Under the pieces are notes generated by a model. That model made no database searches. It had not been told where the DNA came from and was given only the letters and a program-made list of their open reading frames with translations. Of a stretch of DNA of 64,000 nt, positions 1 to 10,429 are shown piece after piece. The DNA is from Eledone cirrhosa (taxonomy: Eukaryota), in assembly GCA_964016885.1 (NCBI GenBank), contig OZ024746.1, positions 59,334,001 through 59,398,000 of the forward strand, written 5' to 3'. The translations under genes and the position numbers were made by a program. Position 1 is the first letter of the stretch, and every line of letters begins with the position of its first letter.

Positions 1-2
1 CG

Positions 3-1793
3 ATGGTCGACCCTATCGAAAGCTTTCGACTGATCTAAATTGATCAAGGACCCACCCGTGCCAGGTTCCCTAGCTACCCTCTCTACGATGTATCGCATGA
101 GGTGGAGGTTGTCGTGGATGGATCTGTCGGGAATGGCGCATGTCTGCGCCTCTCCCACCAGACCACCAACGACAAGCGCCAACCTCTTTGCTAGCACCTT
201 GGCCAAAATCTTAAACTCTGTGTTTAGCAGAGTTATGGGCCGGAAATTGTCTATGTTATCCCCCTTGTTCGGATCCTTTCTCAGCAGTGCCACCGCTCCT
301 CGGCTCACAGAACTGGGAATTCTCCCGTTCTGTTGCCAGTTGCAGTAGACGTCCGCCAAGAGGCCTCCGAACAAGTCTGGCATCTGTACGTAAAGTTCAT
401 AGGGCAGACCATCCAAACCAGGCGATTTACCCCTTGTGCAGCCAGCCATTGCCTCCCGTACTTCAGCGGCTGTTATCGGCTTTTCGCAACACCTCGCCTC
501 AGTGGCCGAGAGCCGCGGCAGTCCGTCGAGGTAGACACTAAAGTCCATCCCTCTACCCGGCCCCCCGCTGCCCCCGAACAGCTGAGCGAAGTGTCGCTGA
601 AAAGCTTCACACATTTGCCCGGGATCGAGTAGCATGCGCCCGTCGTGGTCCACCAAAGACTGGATCGTGGCTTTGTTGCCACGACGCGCCTCCGCCACTC
701 GGGCCCATTGAACGGCTTTCGTCCCCTCGTGTCTGAGAGCACGCACCCTAGCTCTGACAACGCAGCCTTCGTGCTTTGCATTGAAGAATTGGTCAAGGGC
801 CAATTTCGCCGCAAGCACGTCGGTCGCAATGCCTTTGCTAAGCGCCTCGTCTAATTTTCTAACTAGTTCTCCCTCTGCTCTATTTTTCTCTATTGCTAAA
901 GCCTTACTAAACCTAATCGATTCTATTCTAATCGCTCTTTTCAGAGCAAACCACCACTTGTTGTTGACGATGGCCCCCGTCAACGCCCGCTTAACTAGTT
1001 CGCTAATCCGGTCTCTGTAGGCCTTGCGCGCTGGTAAGGACGCGTTTAGCTTCCAGTAGCCGGGTCCTCGTCTATGAAGCCTATCTAAGTCAAGCACACA
1101 GGTCACGAATTTGTGGTCCGTGTAGCTGACTATCTTGAATTGTGGACAGCCTATGCTAGACCTATCTATTTCCCTACAAAATACTCTATCTAGATATGAT
1201 CTGGATGACCCTATGCGGTTTGTCCAAGTCCACATTGGCACATTCGGGAAATCCAATCGGTACCTGTCAGACAGTTCAAAACGCCAGAGCAGGTTGGTGA
1301 GGCTCTTGCACCCTCCACCCCTATCCGCTAATCCCACACAGTCCCAGCGTGCATCTAAGATCCCGTTCCAGTCGCCCACTAACACTAAAGAGCGGGACGT
1401 TCCAAGAAAGGTCTCCAGACGCCGGAAGAAATCAGGCCGCCCTGCTCCTGTCGGGGCATAGACGGCCACTAGCCTGAAAGCTTGCCCGTCTCCGCTGGTC
1501 ACGTCCAGCACCACCAGCTTACCCTCTGGGTCCAGGAAGATGGCCCGTATGGCGAGATCCAAACCTCTCCGAAAAAGCACAGCAACTCCTCCACCCGATC
1601 CAGGACGGCTGGGAGATGCGTACACATCGTAGCCGCCGAAGATCGGTGCGAAGGCCCGTGCTTCGGAGATTCTGGTCTCGCTGATGGCCACTACATCTAT
1701 GTTTAGTGACCTGAGGTCGTTGAGCAGGTGACCCTGCTTCCATGACGACCCCAAGCCACGCGCATTTATGCTGCCTATTCTGAGTGAGGTCAT
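3..1793 (-). CDS. ORF2 (partial): APE endonuclease + reverse transcriptase, runs off the window edge
   Basis: Hand translation from ATG at 1793 gives MTSLRIGSINARGLGSSWKQGHLLNDLRSLNIDVVAISETR (APE N-terminus). Near the edge it gives NFRPITLLNTEFKILAKVLAKR and LINLDQSKAFDRVDH (RT). The last full codon ends at 3, in frame with the ATG. Absent from the ORF track, consistent with no stop codon in the window. Confidence 0.9.
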   Translation of the reverse strand, partial: MTSLRIGSINARGLGSSWKQGHLLNDLRSLNIDVVAISETRISEARAFAPIFGGYDVYASPSRPGSGGGVAVLFRRGLDLAIRAIFLDPEGKLVVLDVTSGDGQAFRLVAVYAPTGAGRPDFFRRLETFLGTSRSLVLVGDWNGILDARWDCVGLADRGGGCKSLTNLLWRFELSDRYRLDFPNVPMWTWTNRIGSSRSYLDRVFCREIDRSSIGCPQFKIVSYTDHKFVTCVLDLDRLHRRGPGYWKLNASLPARKAYRDRISELVKRALTGAIVNNKWWFALKRAIRIESIRFSKALAIEKNRAEGELVRKLDEALSKGIATDVLAAKLALDQFFNAKHEGCVVRARVRALRHEGTKAVQWARVAEARRGNKATIQSLVDHDGRMLLDPGQMCEAFQRHFAQLFGGSGGPGRGMDFSVYLDGLPRLSATEARCCEKPITAAEVREAMAGCTRGKSPGLDGLPYELYVQMPDLFGGLLADVYCNWQQNGRIPSSVSRGAVALLRKDPNKGDNIDNFRPITLLNTEFKILAKVLAKRLALVVGGLVGEAQTCAIPDRSIHDNLHLMRYIVERVAREPGTGGSLINLDQSKAFDRVDH

Positions 1794-1828
1794 GTTTAAA
1801 ATAGAGTGGAAAAGATGGGAAAGACCAC

Positions 1829-3931
1829 TTACCGTACTTTTGGTAGAGGAGGGATGGTTTTTACATCCCTTTTCACTTGATCGTCTGGTGAAGGGACCGT
1901 TGAATCGTCCCTTCGGCTGGTCGTCGGCTCTTCTAAGAGAATGTCTGAATATACTCTTCGATTGATGGTTCCTCCTAGGTCCCTGAAATCACCAACTGCG
2001 TTGGGGAATTTCGTTTTAATGTTTGTGTATTGTTTCTGTGCTATTTTTAGCAGTCTTATGTTAGTTGGCGTTTTGATTGGTGCTGGTATTATGTAGTCCT
2101 GTTGTGAAATGTCTGTGTGTTCAATTATGTAAGTCATTAGTTTCTTGTTGTGTGTGTTTATTGCCGTGCATTTGTTTTTCTGGGGGTGGGGTGTGGTTCT
2201 GCTATTTTCTTGTCGTTGTTGCTGGGTGTGTGTGTTTTGTTGTTGTGTTTGCGATGTTGGTGCTTGTGGTGGTGGTGTTGAAGGTGTTGTTGGCGGTGGG
2301 GTTGTCGCCGGTGGTGATGGTGGTGCTGGTGTGGGTGGTGATGGTGTTGGTGGTGTTGCTGCTGTGGGTCTCTTTGCAGTAGACTTTACCCTTTTCTCAT
2401 TTCTTTCCTCCCTTTTCAAAGGCGACGATGCGCTGCTTCTGCGTTTGTGCCTTCTTGCGACCTTTTGCCATCCCTCTCCCACCTCACACTCCATGTCTGA
2501 TTCTGTAAGGTCGGGGAGGGGTACCAGCTCCACTCTTTCACTTGTTGTTGTTGGTGATGTTTGCACTGGAGTCTCTGTTGCAGCTGCATTTGGTATTGCT
2601 GTTGTTGTTGTTAATATTTCCACTGCTGCTGCTGTATTTGATTTCCGTGGAGTGGGTATGGGTGCCACGGACCTATCGTTCCTGGTTGCCGCTTGTCCTG
2701 TTGCTGGTAGCCGTGGAGCCGGATTCGGAAGGAGGGGGGTTTTCTCCTTTCTCAGGGTCTTCTCGTTGCAGAAGGCCCTGAGGTGAGTCTTCGATCCACA
2801 GCGAAAGCATTTCGGGCGTTTGCCCTCAACACTTATGGGCAGCTGAGTGCCGTTATCGAAGTCTATCACATCCGGGATAGCTTCGATGCACTCCTGGTTG
2901 GTTTGGATTAGCATCTCAATGGAGGAGCCGACCCAATCTTCTCTTACTTTTTTCTGTACTTGCAGTACAGTTGTTTTGTCCTCGATTCCGACGAGGACAG
3001 ACGCGGCCAGCCAAGAAGGGGTCATTCCGGGGGGGACGTGGGTCAGTTTGACCCTCACAATTTTTTGCCCGCAGTAGGAGGGCACCAACACCATTTCCTC
3101 GCTCCTTAGGGTCACTACTGATTGGGCCTTTGCCTCCTGGGGTGTGGCAAAAAGTACGTCTACGGTGGCGTATTTTTTGCCTCGGGTGATGTGCGTTTTC
3201 CTCTGCCACACAGACCCCAAGGCTTTTTGTATTTGGGCCTCTGTGGCTCTTTCCACCCTACGGGATTTTGTACTTACTGTACGGTACGTGACCGTACAGT
3301 GCTCTTGGGTTTCGAAAAATTTTTCCGCTGCCTTGCAGATTGCTCGGTGTCCATTCTTTGTCACCATCTTCTTCGCTTCCTCTAATTCCTCATTTGTTAT
3401 GAGGATTGTTTCCAAGTTTTTCGCAATACCTGCAAATGAGATTGGTTTTTCTCTGCTGCTGCTGTTGTTGTTGTCGTCAGAGCTGCTGGTACTTTTGTTG
3501 TTGCTGCAGGTACTACGACTACTGCCTCCACCGCTGTTGCTGTGGTTGTTGTTGGTGTTGCTGCTGCTAATGCTGTTGTTGTTTATGCTGCTGGTGATGC
3601 TGTTGCGGCTGCTACTGTTGTTTTCATTGTCACTGTTGCTGTTGTTATTACGGCTGCTACTGCTATTATTCCTGACGTCAGACGAATGAACTGGGTTTTC
3701 GTATTTCCCGCACACCTGTTTCGTCACTGTCGTCGTCGTCGTGGAGAAACCTTGCACGCTTTGCACGAGACTTTTCTTTTCTTTCGTCACTTGCGAAAGA
3801 GAAGGGGGGGAGAGAGACACATTTAAAGAAGGGAGGGAGAGAGACAATCTTCTCTCTGCTGTAGTGATGATTGAGGAAGAAGAAGACGGAATGAGTGGGA
3901 GTGACGTATGAAATTTCTTTTTCGTAGCCAT
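1829..3931 (-). CDS. ORF1, 700 aa gag-like nucleic-acid-binding protein with CCHC zinc knuckle
   Basis: CFRCGSKTHLRAFC (CX2CX4HX4C); N/S-rich and P/T-rich low-complexity linkers; lies directly upstream of the APE-RT ORF. Confidence 0.85.
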   Translation of the reverse strand: MATKKKFHTSLPLIPSSSSSIITTAERRLSLSLPSLNVSLSPPSLSQVTKEKKSLVQSVQGFSTTTTTVTKQVCGKYENPVHSSDVRNNSSSSRNNNSNSDNENNSSSRNSITSSINNNSISSSNTNNNHSNSGGGSSRSTCSNNKSTSSSDDNNNSSSREKPISFAGIAKNLETILITNEELEEAKKMVTKNGHRAICKAAEKFFETQEHCTVTYRTVSTKSRRVERATEAQIQKALGSVWQRKTHITRGKKYATVDVLFATPQEAKAQSVVTLRSEEMVLVPSYCGQKIVRVKLTHVPPGMTPSWLAASVLVGIEDKTTVLQVQKKVREDWVGSSIEMLIQTNQECIEAIPDVIDFDNGTQLPISVEGKRPKCFRCGSKTHLRAFCNEKTLRKEKTPLLPNPAPRLPATGQAATRNDRSVAPIPTPRKSNTAAAVEILTTTTAIPNAAATETPVQTSPTTTSERVELVPLPDLTESDMECEVGEGWQKVARRHKRRSSASSPLKREERNEKRVKSTAKRPTAATPPTPSPPTPAPPSPPATTPPPTTPSTPPPQAPTSQTQQQNTHTQQQRQENSRTTPHPQKNKCTAINTHNKKLMTYIIEHTDISQQDYIIPAPIKTPTNIRLLKIAQKQYTNIKTKFPNAVGDFRDLGGTINRRVYSDILLEEPTTSRRDDSTVPSPDDQVKRDVKTIPPLPKVR

Positions 3932-4145
3932 GTTGTTTTTTGTTTAAAATGAATATTGGGTACAAAACCCCAATAACTGGTTATTTAACCCCGAAGGGCC
4001 AAATAACGGACAGAAAGACCCCTCTCACGAGGAGGAGGGTGTCTTTATCAACAATTTGGTTCAAGTTTTAAACAATTTACAATTGTTTTAACGGTTAAAA
4101 ATTACTATACCTTACAGAGCCGAGCCTCCGTCAACCATGGCATTC

Positions 4146-4168
4146 AATAATAATAATAATAATAATAA
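4146..4168. repeat. (AAT)n tract at the Tx1-like 5' boundary
   Basis: Read directly. Confidence 0.95.
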
Positions 4169-4826
4169 GGGAAGAAGGACGCACGAGGTGGTAGAACGTC
4201 ACGAAATTGCTCCCGTAAGTTTTTTGATTTTTAACATATTTAAATCAATTGTGAAATAACAATTCTTAGCACAAATGTTGCATAAAGGCACCGAATGAGA
4301 TCCCATAAAGTTTCGGATCCATATTATATTGTTGTATCGCTCAAATATTCAATTTTGTATTATATATTTTGTATTCAAAAAAAGAAAATGGTTATAAATG
4401 GAACAAAACACCCTCTGTCTACACTATATAGAACAGCAGCAATTTCAATTTCACCAACACCAGAAACTTGATACACTTCCCATCACACTAAATATAACAG
4501 CCAGATAACGACAATTTCACCAGCATCATAATAATAATTACTATTATTATTGTCTCAAATTTTAAAAAATGTTTAATTCAAATTTTGCGGGAATATGTCA
4601 ACACAAAATATAATAAAAATATATATTAAACATACGAACACAAACTCATAGATACTATATCAGTAACCACAACACCACCGCTGCGACCACCCCACCACAT
4701 CCATCATCGCCGCCACCACTCATTCAATGCTACTGACACTATTCCCCTGTTAACTTGAGAGAGAAAAGGGAAGGTGGCGGTAGCACTAGACAAGAGAGAG
4801 GCTAGCAAAAGATATAAATAGATTGA
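4169..4826 (+). repeat. Copy 1 of a ~650-bp block, also found at 9100-9802
   Basis: Both copies start GGGAAGAAG(G)ACGCACG directly after a TAA tract and align through CCCTCTGTCTACACTATATAGAACAGC to GGGAAGGTGGCGGTA. Confidence 0.9.
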
Positions 4827-5039
4827 CTTGGTGACCTTGCCACGGCCAAACGTCTACATCAACAATTATGGGACTGCTGGCTCACCCCTTCCTCACCAAC
4901 AATATAAAAAGCCCCGGCACCACCACCGACATAGCCAACAACAATAACAGCCAACTAGAACAAAAAGTATATTATATTATTGTAATGCACTAGGTGATTG
5001 CTGGCCTTGTGCCTGGAGTGGAGACAATTATTAATAATT

Positions 5040-8000
5040 TCATTCTTAAGCCACGCAATGCTCACATTAAGGAACCACTCATGATAATAAAAATTTAAAA
5101 AAAACAACAAAAAGAAAACCCCGTGACCAAGAAATACCGGGATGGCGGCCGGCGGGGAATAGCCATGTCTCTGGGGGAGAACGACCCCTCTAGTCTTGGT
5201 TGACACTCGTTCTAGAAGTGGTAACACGAAATGATTACTCCTTGGCGGATAAGGATAAAACGCGACAAAATAAAGTAAATGTCTAATGATAAAATCTCAT
5301 ACCGGATCGGCCGTCACCCGGGTAAAAAAGGGCCGCGTCCCTCAGAGAGGAACCAGACTGGGGTCGAAAAATCAGCTAATGGTTCAAACCTTCCCATCAC
5401 TTCGGAGCTGGAGACCTCCCATAACCGGAATACTCCTACTGTTGGCCCTCCATGCTCACCACCAAGAAATCCAAAGAAAAAGAGAGAAAAATGGTCAAGG
5501 GAAGATAATAAAGAAGTCCTTGAGGCTTTCTACACTGCCATGTACTACCCATCAAATACATCGAATACAGAACAAACATATATCAACTGGAAAAAGAAAC
5601 ATCCCGAAAACAGAGGCTATATTGACAGTAACAAACTAGCCAATATACGAAGAAATATTGTAAGAAAAAAGTTACTAACTGATATAGAAATTGATCAGAT
5701 CAAGCTAGTAGCACAAAGTCAGCGAAGGGAAAATGAAGCATGTGTCGGTGTAAACGAGGTAAACTGTAACACTTCGAATCCCAGGGTTGGGGCGGAATCA
5801 CTGGCAACAGAACAAATTAAAGAAAGGAGCGAAAAAGTGGAGGGAGTGCATGCTCAGGATGAAACTCCAAATGAAAATAATGAGATCGTAAATGATAAAG
5901 AAATGAATGAGAATGAACTTGCCAACTTGAAGGATGAAATTATGATCGAATGGATGAAAATGAAAGAATCTGACATGGGGCAACGAGACGCCCTCCCTAA
6001 GATGCAGAACTCCAAACAGAACCAAAAGATAATACACAAGACTAACATAATTCTCAAAAACATTATCATCACAAACAAACTAAACATTACTGACTTAAAT
6101 CATCTCTATTATGCATCGGCTAAGGTCACCACTCACTTATGTGGAGTGAAGATGAAAAAACAAAGGAATTCCCACAAGAAATCTACTTGGCAAGATAACA
6201 TCAATCGCCAAATAAACCTTCTCCGATCTGACATAGAAATGTTAACAAACTATAAAGTAGGTGAACATGTTAAACAAACTAAACTTAGAAAATTGAAAAA
6301 AAAGTACACTATAAGATCAACATGTGACATAGACATGCTGATAGAAACAATCAAGCAAAAAGTGTCGGCCAAAGCTGCTCGTATAAGGCGCTTTGAAAAA
6401 CGATCTAGATTCTATAAGGACAATAATATGTTCAAAAACAACCAAAGAAACTTCTACAGAAAAATTGGTAAGTCAACAATAACTGCTAAATCAATACCAC
6501 CCAAGGAGGAAGTGCAAGAATTCTGGGAAAAGATCTGGGCCGAAGAAAAAGTTCATAACATACATGCCCCATGGATGGACAGACAAATGAAAGAAACAGC
6601 TCACCTTGAAGAACAAACATGGGAAAATATAACAGTTGAACAGCTGCGCTTGGCTCTAAGAAAAACCAGCAAATGGAAATCCCCAGGAAAAGACAAAATA
6701 CAAAACTTTTGGATAAATGCCTTCACAGAGTCTCATGAGCTGTTAGCCCAACTTTACAATGAAATAGTTAAGGAGCCAGAAAAGATACCATCATGGCTAG
6801 TTAACGGCATTACATTCCTGCTTCCGAAGAATGATGAGACAAACCATCCCAAAAATTACAGACCGATAACTTGCTTGACCACAATGTATAAAATTTTAAC
6901 ATCAGTCCTAACTGAATACACATATGACCACCTGATAACAAATGACCTATTTCCCATTGAGCAGAAAGGGTGTAAACGAGGCTCATATGGCTGTAAGGAT
7001 CAGCTTCTGATTAACAAAATGATACTGGAAGATTGTCATAATAGACACAAAAATCTATCGATTGCTTGGATAGATTATAAAAAAGCATTCGATAGTTTGC
7101 CACACAGTTGGATTGAAAAATGTTTAGAGATTTTCAAAATATCCCCCGTTGTCAGGAGGTTTTTGTCATTCAGTATGAGGACATGGAAAACGACACTCCT
7201 ATTGAATAGTGAAACAAAATCGCTGGAAGCTGGAGAAGTTAATATTAATTGTGGAATTTTTCAGGGTGACTCTTTATCACCGCTTTTATTCTGCATCGCA
7301 CTTATACCATTAAGTAAAATGCTCAATGAAACAAAACATGGATATAAAGTCTATGACAAAACCATTAATCACCTGTTCTACATGGATGACCTGAAACTAT
7401 TTGCAAAAAATGATGAACAATTGCAAGGGCTAGTATCCACTGTGGAGCAGTTCAGTGATGACATTAAAATGGAGTTTGGACTAGATAAATGCGCCAAAGC
7501 AACGTTCACCAGAGGAAAGCTGCTGAAGAGTTCAGACATTAATCTTGATCGGGGGAACGTGATAAGAGAACTTGATCAAGAAAAAACTTACAAATATCTA
7601 GGTGTTTGTGAAGGAGACGGAATCAAGCACTCGACAATGAGGGAAATGATAAGGAAGGAATGTTACCGCAGAGTAAGAGCAATCTTAAGAACGGAATTGA
7701 ATGCCAGGAATAGGATCGATGCCATAAACACGCTTGCCATACCAGTAGTAACCTACAGTTACAATGTCATCAACTGGTCAAGCACAGAGATCCGTAGGCT
7801 CGATACAAAAATTCGAAAATTCTTAACCATGCACAGAATGCATCACCCTAAGGCAGATATAGATAGAATATATCTCCCTGGGAAAGAAGGAGGACGTGGG
7901 TTAATCCAGTTAGACATTGCGTTGAAAACAGCAACAATTGGATTATCTACATATCTAAGGGAATCACATGATTGGATGATCAAACTCGTTTTGAAACACG

Positions 8001-9098
8001 AAAGCATCAAAAGATCATATTCCATTACAAAAGATGCACAAAGATACATTAATGGACTACAAATTTCAGAAGTCCCATTTACTGCTGAAATGGAAAACAC
8101 AGAAAAAGCAAAGCAGGTAAAAGTAACTGCAAAGAAAGAACTGCTACAGAAACTGGCTAAGAAATGGCAAGAAAAGCCTCTGTATGGAAAATATCCAGAG
8201 CGAGCTAACAATCCTGATGTTGACAAAACTTTAACCCATCAGTGGTTGGCATCCTCTGGACTGAAATCGGAGACTGAAGGACTGATTATATCAGCACAAG
8301 ATCAGTGTCTGCCAACAAAAAATTACCAAGCCAACATAATAAAAAATGGATGCAACCCATTATGCCGTGTATGCAAAAAACAACCAGAGACCATTGATCA
8401 TATAATTTCAATGTGCAGTCCTATAGCTCCAACCGAATACCTAAACAGGCATGACAGAGCTGCACAATACATACATTGGATAATGTGTAACCATTTTGAC
8501 CTGCCCCATCAAAAGAATTGGTGGGGGCATCAACCACCTCCCATACTTGAAAAAGATCACATCTCAATCTTGTGGAACTTTAGCATCCAAACAGACCGAA
8601 AAATAGATGCAAATAGACCTGATATAATATTGAAGGACTTTAAAAAGAGGGTATGCCTGCTAATTGATATGTCTGTTCCAATAGACAAGAATGTATCTAT
8701 AAAAACATTTGAAAAATTGAGCAAGTATAAGGACCTGGAGATAGAAATTGGAAAAATGTGGAAATTGAGAACTAAAACAATACCAGTGGTTGTAGGCGCT
8801 CTGGGAGTGATACCTAAGGGGTCTAATGATTACTTATCGCAGATCCCAGGAAACCCACGTATAGGAGAAATACAAAAGATAGTACTAATGGGAACTGCCC
8901 ATATACTAAGGAAGATTCTGTCAATATAAGTACATCACAAGTCTAAACACTAAAGATGCATGTGTGAATATGTATGTTCTTTCTTGAACATGGCGGACCT
9001 TGTTGTCTCTTGAGGTCACTGGTTGTGACTTGGTGATAACTCGTATGAACATAAAGCAAGATAAATGCAACTGTAATAATAATAATAATAATAATAAT
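5040..9098 (+). mobile_element. R4/Dong-like RLE retrotransposon #1 ending in (AAT)n; 5' end uncertain, may extend to 4169
   Basis: Single RT-RLE ORF, ~145-nt 3' UTR, then the TAA tract at 9074-9098. Dong-type elements are known to target TAA repeats. Confidence 0.85.
5279..8929 (+). CDS. Intact R4/Dong-like ORF: N-terminal region, RT, CCHC finger, restriction-like endonuclease (1216 aa)
   Basis: NYRPITCL, EQKGC, IDYKKAFD, GIFQGDSLSPLLF, FYMDD, YKYLG; CRVCKKQPETIDHIISMC; RHD; NRPDII...LIDMSVP...KLSKYKDL; PVVVGALG. Confidence 0.93.
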   Translation: MSNDKISYRIGRHPGKKGPRPSERNQTGVEKSANGSNLPITSELETSHNRNTPTVGPPCSPPRNPKKKREKWSREDNKEVLEAFYTAMYYPSNTSNTEQTYINWKKKHPENRGYIDSNKLANIRRNIVRKKLLTDIEIDQIKLVAQSQRRENEACVGVNEVNCNTSNPRVGAESLATEQIKERSEKVEGVHAQDETPNENNEIVNDKEMNENELANLKDEIMIEWMKMKESDMGQRDALPKMQNSKQNQKIIHKTNIILKNIIITNKLNITDLNHLYYASAKVTTHLCGVKMKKQRNSHKKSTWQDNINRQINLLRSDIEMLTNYKVGEHVKQTKLRKLKKKYTIRSTCDIDMLIETIKQKVSAKAARIRRFEKRSRFYKDNNMFKNNQRNFYRKIGKSTITAKSIPPKEEVQEFWEKIWAEEKVHNIHAPWMDRQMKETAHLEEQTWENITVEQLRLALRKTSKWKSPGKDKIQNFWINAFTESHELLAQLYNEIVKEPEKIPSWLVNGITFLLPKNDETNHPKNYRPITCLTTMYKILTSVLTEYTYDHLITNDLFPIEQKGCKRGSYGCKDQLLINKMILEDCHNRHKNLSIAWIDYKKAFDSLPHSWIEKCLEIFKISPVVRRFLSFSMRTWKTTLLLNSETKSLEAGEVNINCGIFQGDSLSPLLFCIALIPLSKMLNETKHGYKVYDKTINHLFYMDDLKLFAKNDEQLQGLVSTVEQFSDDIKMEFGLDKCAKATFTRGKLLKSSDINLDRGNVIRELDQEKTYKYLGVCEGDGIKHSTMREMIRKECYRRVRAILRTELNARNRIDAINTLAIPVVTYSYNVINWSSTEIRRLDTKIRKFLTMHRMHHPKADIDRIYLPGKEGGRGLIQLDIALKTATIGLSTYLRESHDWMIKLVLKHESIKRSYSITKDAQRYINGLQISEVPFTAEMENTEKAKQVKVTAKKELLQKLAKKWQEKPLYGKYPERANNPDVDKTLTHQWLASSGLKSETEGLIISAQDQCLPTKNYQANIIKNGCNPLCRVCKKQPETIDHIISMCSPIAPTEYLNRHDRAAQYIHWIMCNHFDLPHQKNWWGHQPPPILEKDHISILWNFSIQTDRKIDANRPDIILKDFKKRVCLLIDMSVPIDKNVSIKTFEKLSKYKDLEIEIGKMWKLRTKTIPVVVGALGVIPKGSNDYLSQIPGNPRIGEIQKIVLMGTAHILRKILSI

Positions 9099-9099
9099 T

Positions 9100-9802
9100 A
9101 GGGAAGAAGACGCACGTGGTGGATAGAAGGTCATGAAATCGCTCCCGTAAGTTTTTGATTTTTAACATATTTAAATCAATTGTGAAATAACAATTCTTAG
9201 TACAAATGATACATAAAGCACCAGACTCAAGTCCCAGAAAAATTCGGATCCATAATATATTGTTATATCGCTCAAATATCCAATTTTGTATTATACATTT
9301 TATATTCAAAAAAGAAAATGGTTATAAATGGAAGTAAACCCCCTCTGTCTACACTATATAGAACAGCCAAATAACAGCAATTTCACCAACATCACAAACT
9401 AGATACACCACCTATCCCATCACTCCTCTGTGTACACTAAATACAACAGCCAGATAACGGCAATTTCACCACCACCAATCCCAGCATAATAATTATAATT
9501 ACTATTATTATTGTCTCAAGTTTTCACAAAATGTTTAATTCCAATATTAAAGCAATATGTCAACACATATATTAAACATACGAGACTAACCGCATAGATT
9601 CACCGATCAAACAAACTACAGTCTATTCAACAAAACTCAGTAACGACAACGCCATCACTATAGTCACCGCCGCCACCACTCCATCCATCATTGCTACCAC
9701 TATCCCACCACCGCCGCCACCACTCCTTCATTGCTACCACCGCTATTCCCCCCTTACCTTCTGTTAACTTACGAAAGGGGAAGGTGGCGGTATCACTAAA
9801 CA
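9100..9802 (+). repeat. Copy 2 of the ~650-bp block (see 4169-4826)
   Basis: Alignment by eye. A further short match, AAAAKATATAAATAGAYTGA, occurs at about 4807 and 10168. Confidence 0.9.
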
Positions 9803-10429
9803 ATATTAATAAACAATATTAATATTTAATTTCGGATCAGGAATGTTGGAGTCGAAAAGGAGGAAAATGGCAAAATGACTAAATAGCTAAATAGCTAAAG
9901 ATAATTTCACCACCAACACCACCACCACTACCAGCTCTATTTCTACTTCAACTTCAACACCATCACTACAGTACTACGATCACATCACCACCACCACTGC
10001 CTCATTATCGTTACCGCCGCTATTCTCTCCCACTACCTCCTGCTAGGTACTACTAGCACAGCACCACCACCACCACCACCACCACTGCCTCATTATCACT
10101 ACCGCCGCTATTCTCTCCCACTACCTCCTGCTACATCGTAGTGTCCCCACTAAAAGAGGAAGGCATCAAAATATATAAATAGACTGAATTGATGACCCGA
10201 TCAAAATCAAAAAACCAAAGTCAAAATCAAAGTAGCACAGCAACAACGAAAAACGTAAAGAAAATAAGAATGAAGGGAAGAACAAACAGACGGACAGAGA
10301 AGGGAAGGGAAAAACTAAGTCAGACATTCAAACATTACATTACAATGAAACTTATGCTTATTCATTTTTTTTTGGGGGGGGGGGGGGTGCCTGTTTGTTT
10401 GTTTGTTTATTTATGTTCGTCTACAGCGT

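Larger units (their letters stand above)
1..4145 (-). mobile_element. L1/Tx1-like non-LTR retrotransposon (5' UTR, ORF1, ORF2), 3' part outside window
   Basis: Two-ORF layout on the minus strand: zinc-knuckle ORF1 then APE-RT ORF2 with L1/Tx1-type motifs. The putative 5' end abuts the (AAT)n tract at 4146-4168. Confidence 0.88.

Noticed and set aside
40-3826. Plus-strand ORFs over the Tx1-like element
   Set aside because: Antisense shadows of ORF1/ORF2 with no motifs.
5147-5155. GGCCGGC matching the HDV ribozyme P1 5' strand
   Set aside because: No complementary P1 3' strand or nested pseudoknot found downstream.
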